Shown: in pieces, positions 62,787 through 64,000 of the stretch | How positions within the stretch are numbered: the first letter of the stretch is position 1 | How the letters are laid out: each line of letters starts with the position of its first letter | NCBI GenBank assembly: GCA_003971905.1 | Contig: RSEE01000116.1 | Coordinates: 62,001 to 126,000 of the forward strand | DNA: 64,000 nucleotides | Reading direction: 5' to 3' | From: Moniliella sp. 'wahieum' | Lineage: Eukaryota | Position numbers and translations under genes: made by a program | Notes under the pieces: model-generated | Seen by the model: the letters and a program-made list of their open reading frames with translations, nothing else | Told to the model about the DNA's origin: nothing | Database searches by the model: none

Positions 62787-63549
62787 ATGATGCTCGCCCA
62801 CCTCCTTCTCCCGCTCGCCGCGCTCCTCCTCCCGCTCGCCGGCGCCCTCGCCCCCTCCCCGCCCCCGCGCCCAGACAGACCTCGTGTCCAAGGCCTACAA
62901 CTCCTCGGGCACCCTCCACTTTGGCGACTTTGGCGACACGTGCGCACCCGGCATCTGCTGGAACGCCAGCTTTGGCTCCGTCCGCAACGCCAGTGGCCAC
63001 GTCGAGCTGGCCCTGCGCGACCACGGCGCGCTCATTGCCGGCGAGACGTTCAGTTTCTGGGAAGTCGTCTCCACCACCCGCGGCACCAAGCGCGGCGACG
63101 GCTACGGCGTGCTCCAGTCCGAGCGCGGCAACTGCATCTCGCTCTCGCGCATGCCCACCTCGACCTCGGACGTTGTGCCGTTCACCGCGGCGCCATGCAT
63201 TTGGGAGGACGAGATGACGCTGCAGATGTGGCACATGTTCGTCATGAACGAAAACGTCACCTACTTTGGCTTCTTTGGCGATAAGAAGGTCACTGGCACC
63301 GACACGCTCTATGGCTACACCAACTCCTCCGACAGCAAAGCGATCATGGGCATGTACCTCCTGACGGAGCAGTACCCGGCCACCAGTGGCTCTGGTACCG
63401 CAACACCACCAACTCGGCCTGAGGAGAGAACGGATTCCGATTCCTCATTCCTCCCCATCCGCCTCGCTTGCGTTCGTTGTTTGATCTTTTTCTTTTTCTT
63501 GGTTGGATGGGGGGTCGTTATTTGGGCCCCGTACCGCCCCACTGTTTGA
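62787..63549 (+). CDS. Small secreted protein of unknown function (3' end uncertain)
   Basis: Signal peptide MMLAHLLLPLAALLLPLAGALA. After a frameshift near 62880: SKAYNSSGTLHFGDFGDTCAPGICWNAS...GNCISLS...AAPCIWEDEMTLQMW, with 4 Cys and several N-glycosylation sequons. Possible intron from about 63396. Confidence 0.65.
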
Positions 63550-64000
63550 ACCTGGTCTTGTGCGGACAGTCGAGCGCACTGACTAGTGACTAGTGACTGC
63601 GCTCCCCGCGAATCGAATTGCAATCGCGATCGCAATTCCATCCCGTAGTCACTAGCCAGCCTCCCTGGGCCCATCCGTCCCGCCCACACCGTCGTGCTCC
63701 ATAGCCACTCACCAGGCTCAGGTCTCACGCCTCACGCCTCGCGACTGCCCAGCTTCCCGAGAACGAGCGGGGGCAGGTCCCCGGTGGGCTAGGTGGCGAC
63801 GTGCACACACAGTGGAGAGCAATGCAACAACCGACTAAATACTGAGTTAGCCAGCCCCCCGAGGACAGGTGGGCTGGAATTGCACAGGGCACCCCGACGA
63901 AGGTTTAGGTAAGCCCCCCCCCCAATTACTTTTTTCGCCTCGCCCCCCTCCGCGCTTGGGCTGGCTCGGCCCCCGAACGCCTCTGCTCGCAGCGCCTCCT

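Overview
GC-rich, gene-dense eukaryotic DNA from a fungus, most likely a basidiomycete (inferred from short GT-AG introns with GTACGT/GTGCGT/GTATGT donors and CTRAC branch points, and from the protein families). About 22 protein-coding genes can be read: an OPT oligopeptide transporter, an ACBP/Atg37-like protein, a metallophosphoesterase-like+RRM protein, an ACOT9-type acyl-CoA thioesterase, a carnosine/histidine N-methyltransferase, a hypothetical protein, a TRAPPC12-like TPR protein, HUT1, a Kelch-repeat type I membrane protein, a CaMKK/Sak1-type kinase, GUA1, CSN1, a secreted alpha/beta hydrolase, prefoldin 6, a DOCK GEF, PER1, an FMO, a GNAT, a Cdc48 N-domain-only gene, HAT1, ISWI and a small secreted protein. 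Most genes, including essential ones, carry single-base frameshifts, best explained as long-read consensus errors, so many coordinates are approximate. The most notable item is an intact, cleanly spliced gene encoding only the Cdc48/p97 N-domain with no AAA ATPase domains; it is divergently transcribed from a HAT1-ISWI pair. No rRNA, tRNA or CRISPR features were recognised. All assignments come from reading the sequence by eye; no searches were run.
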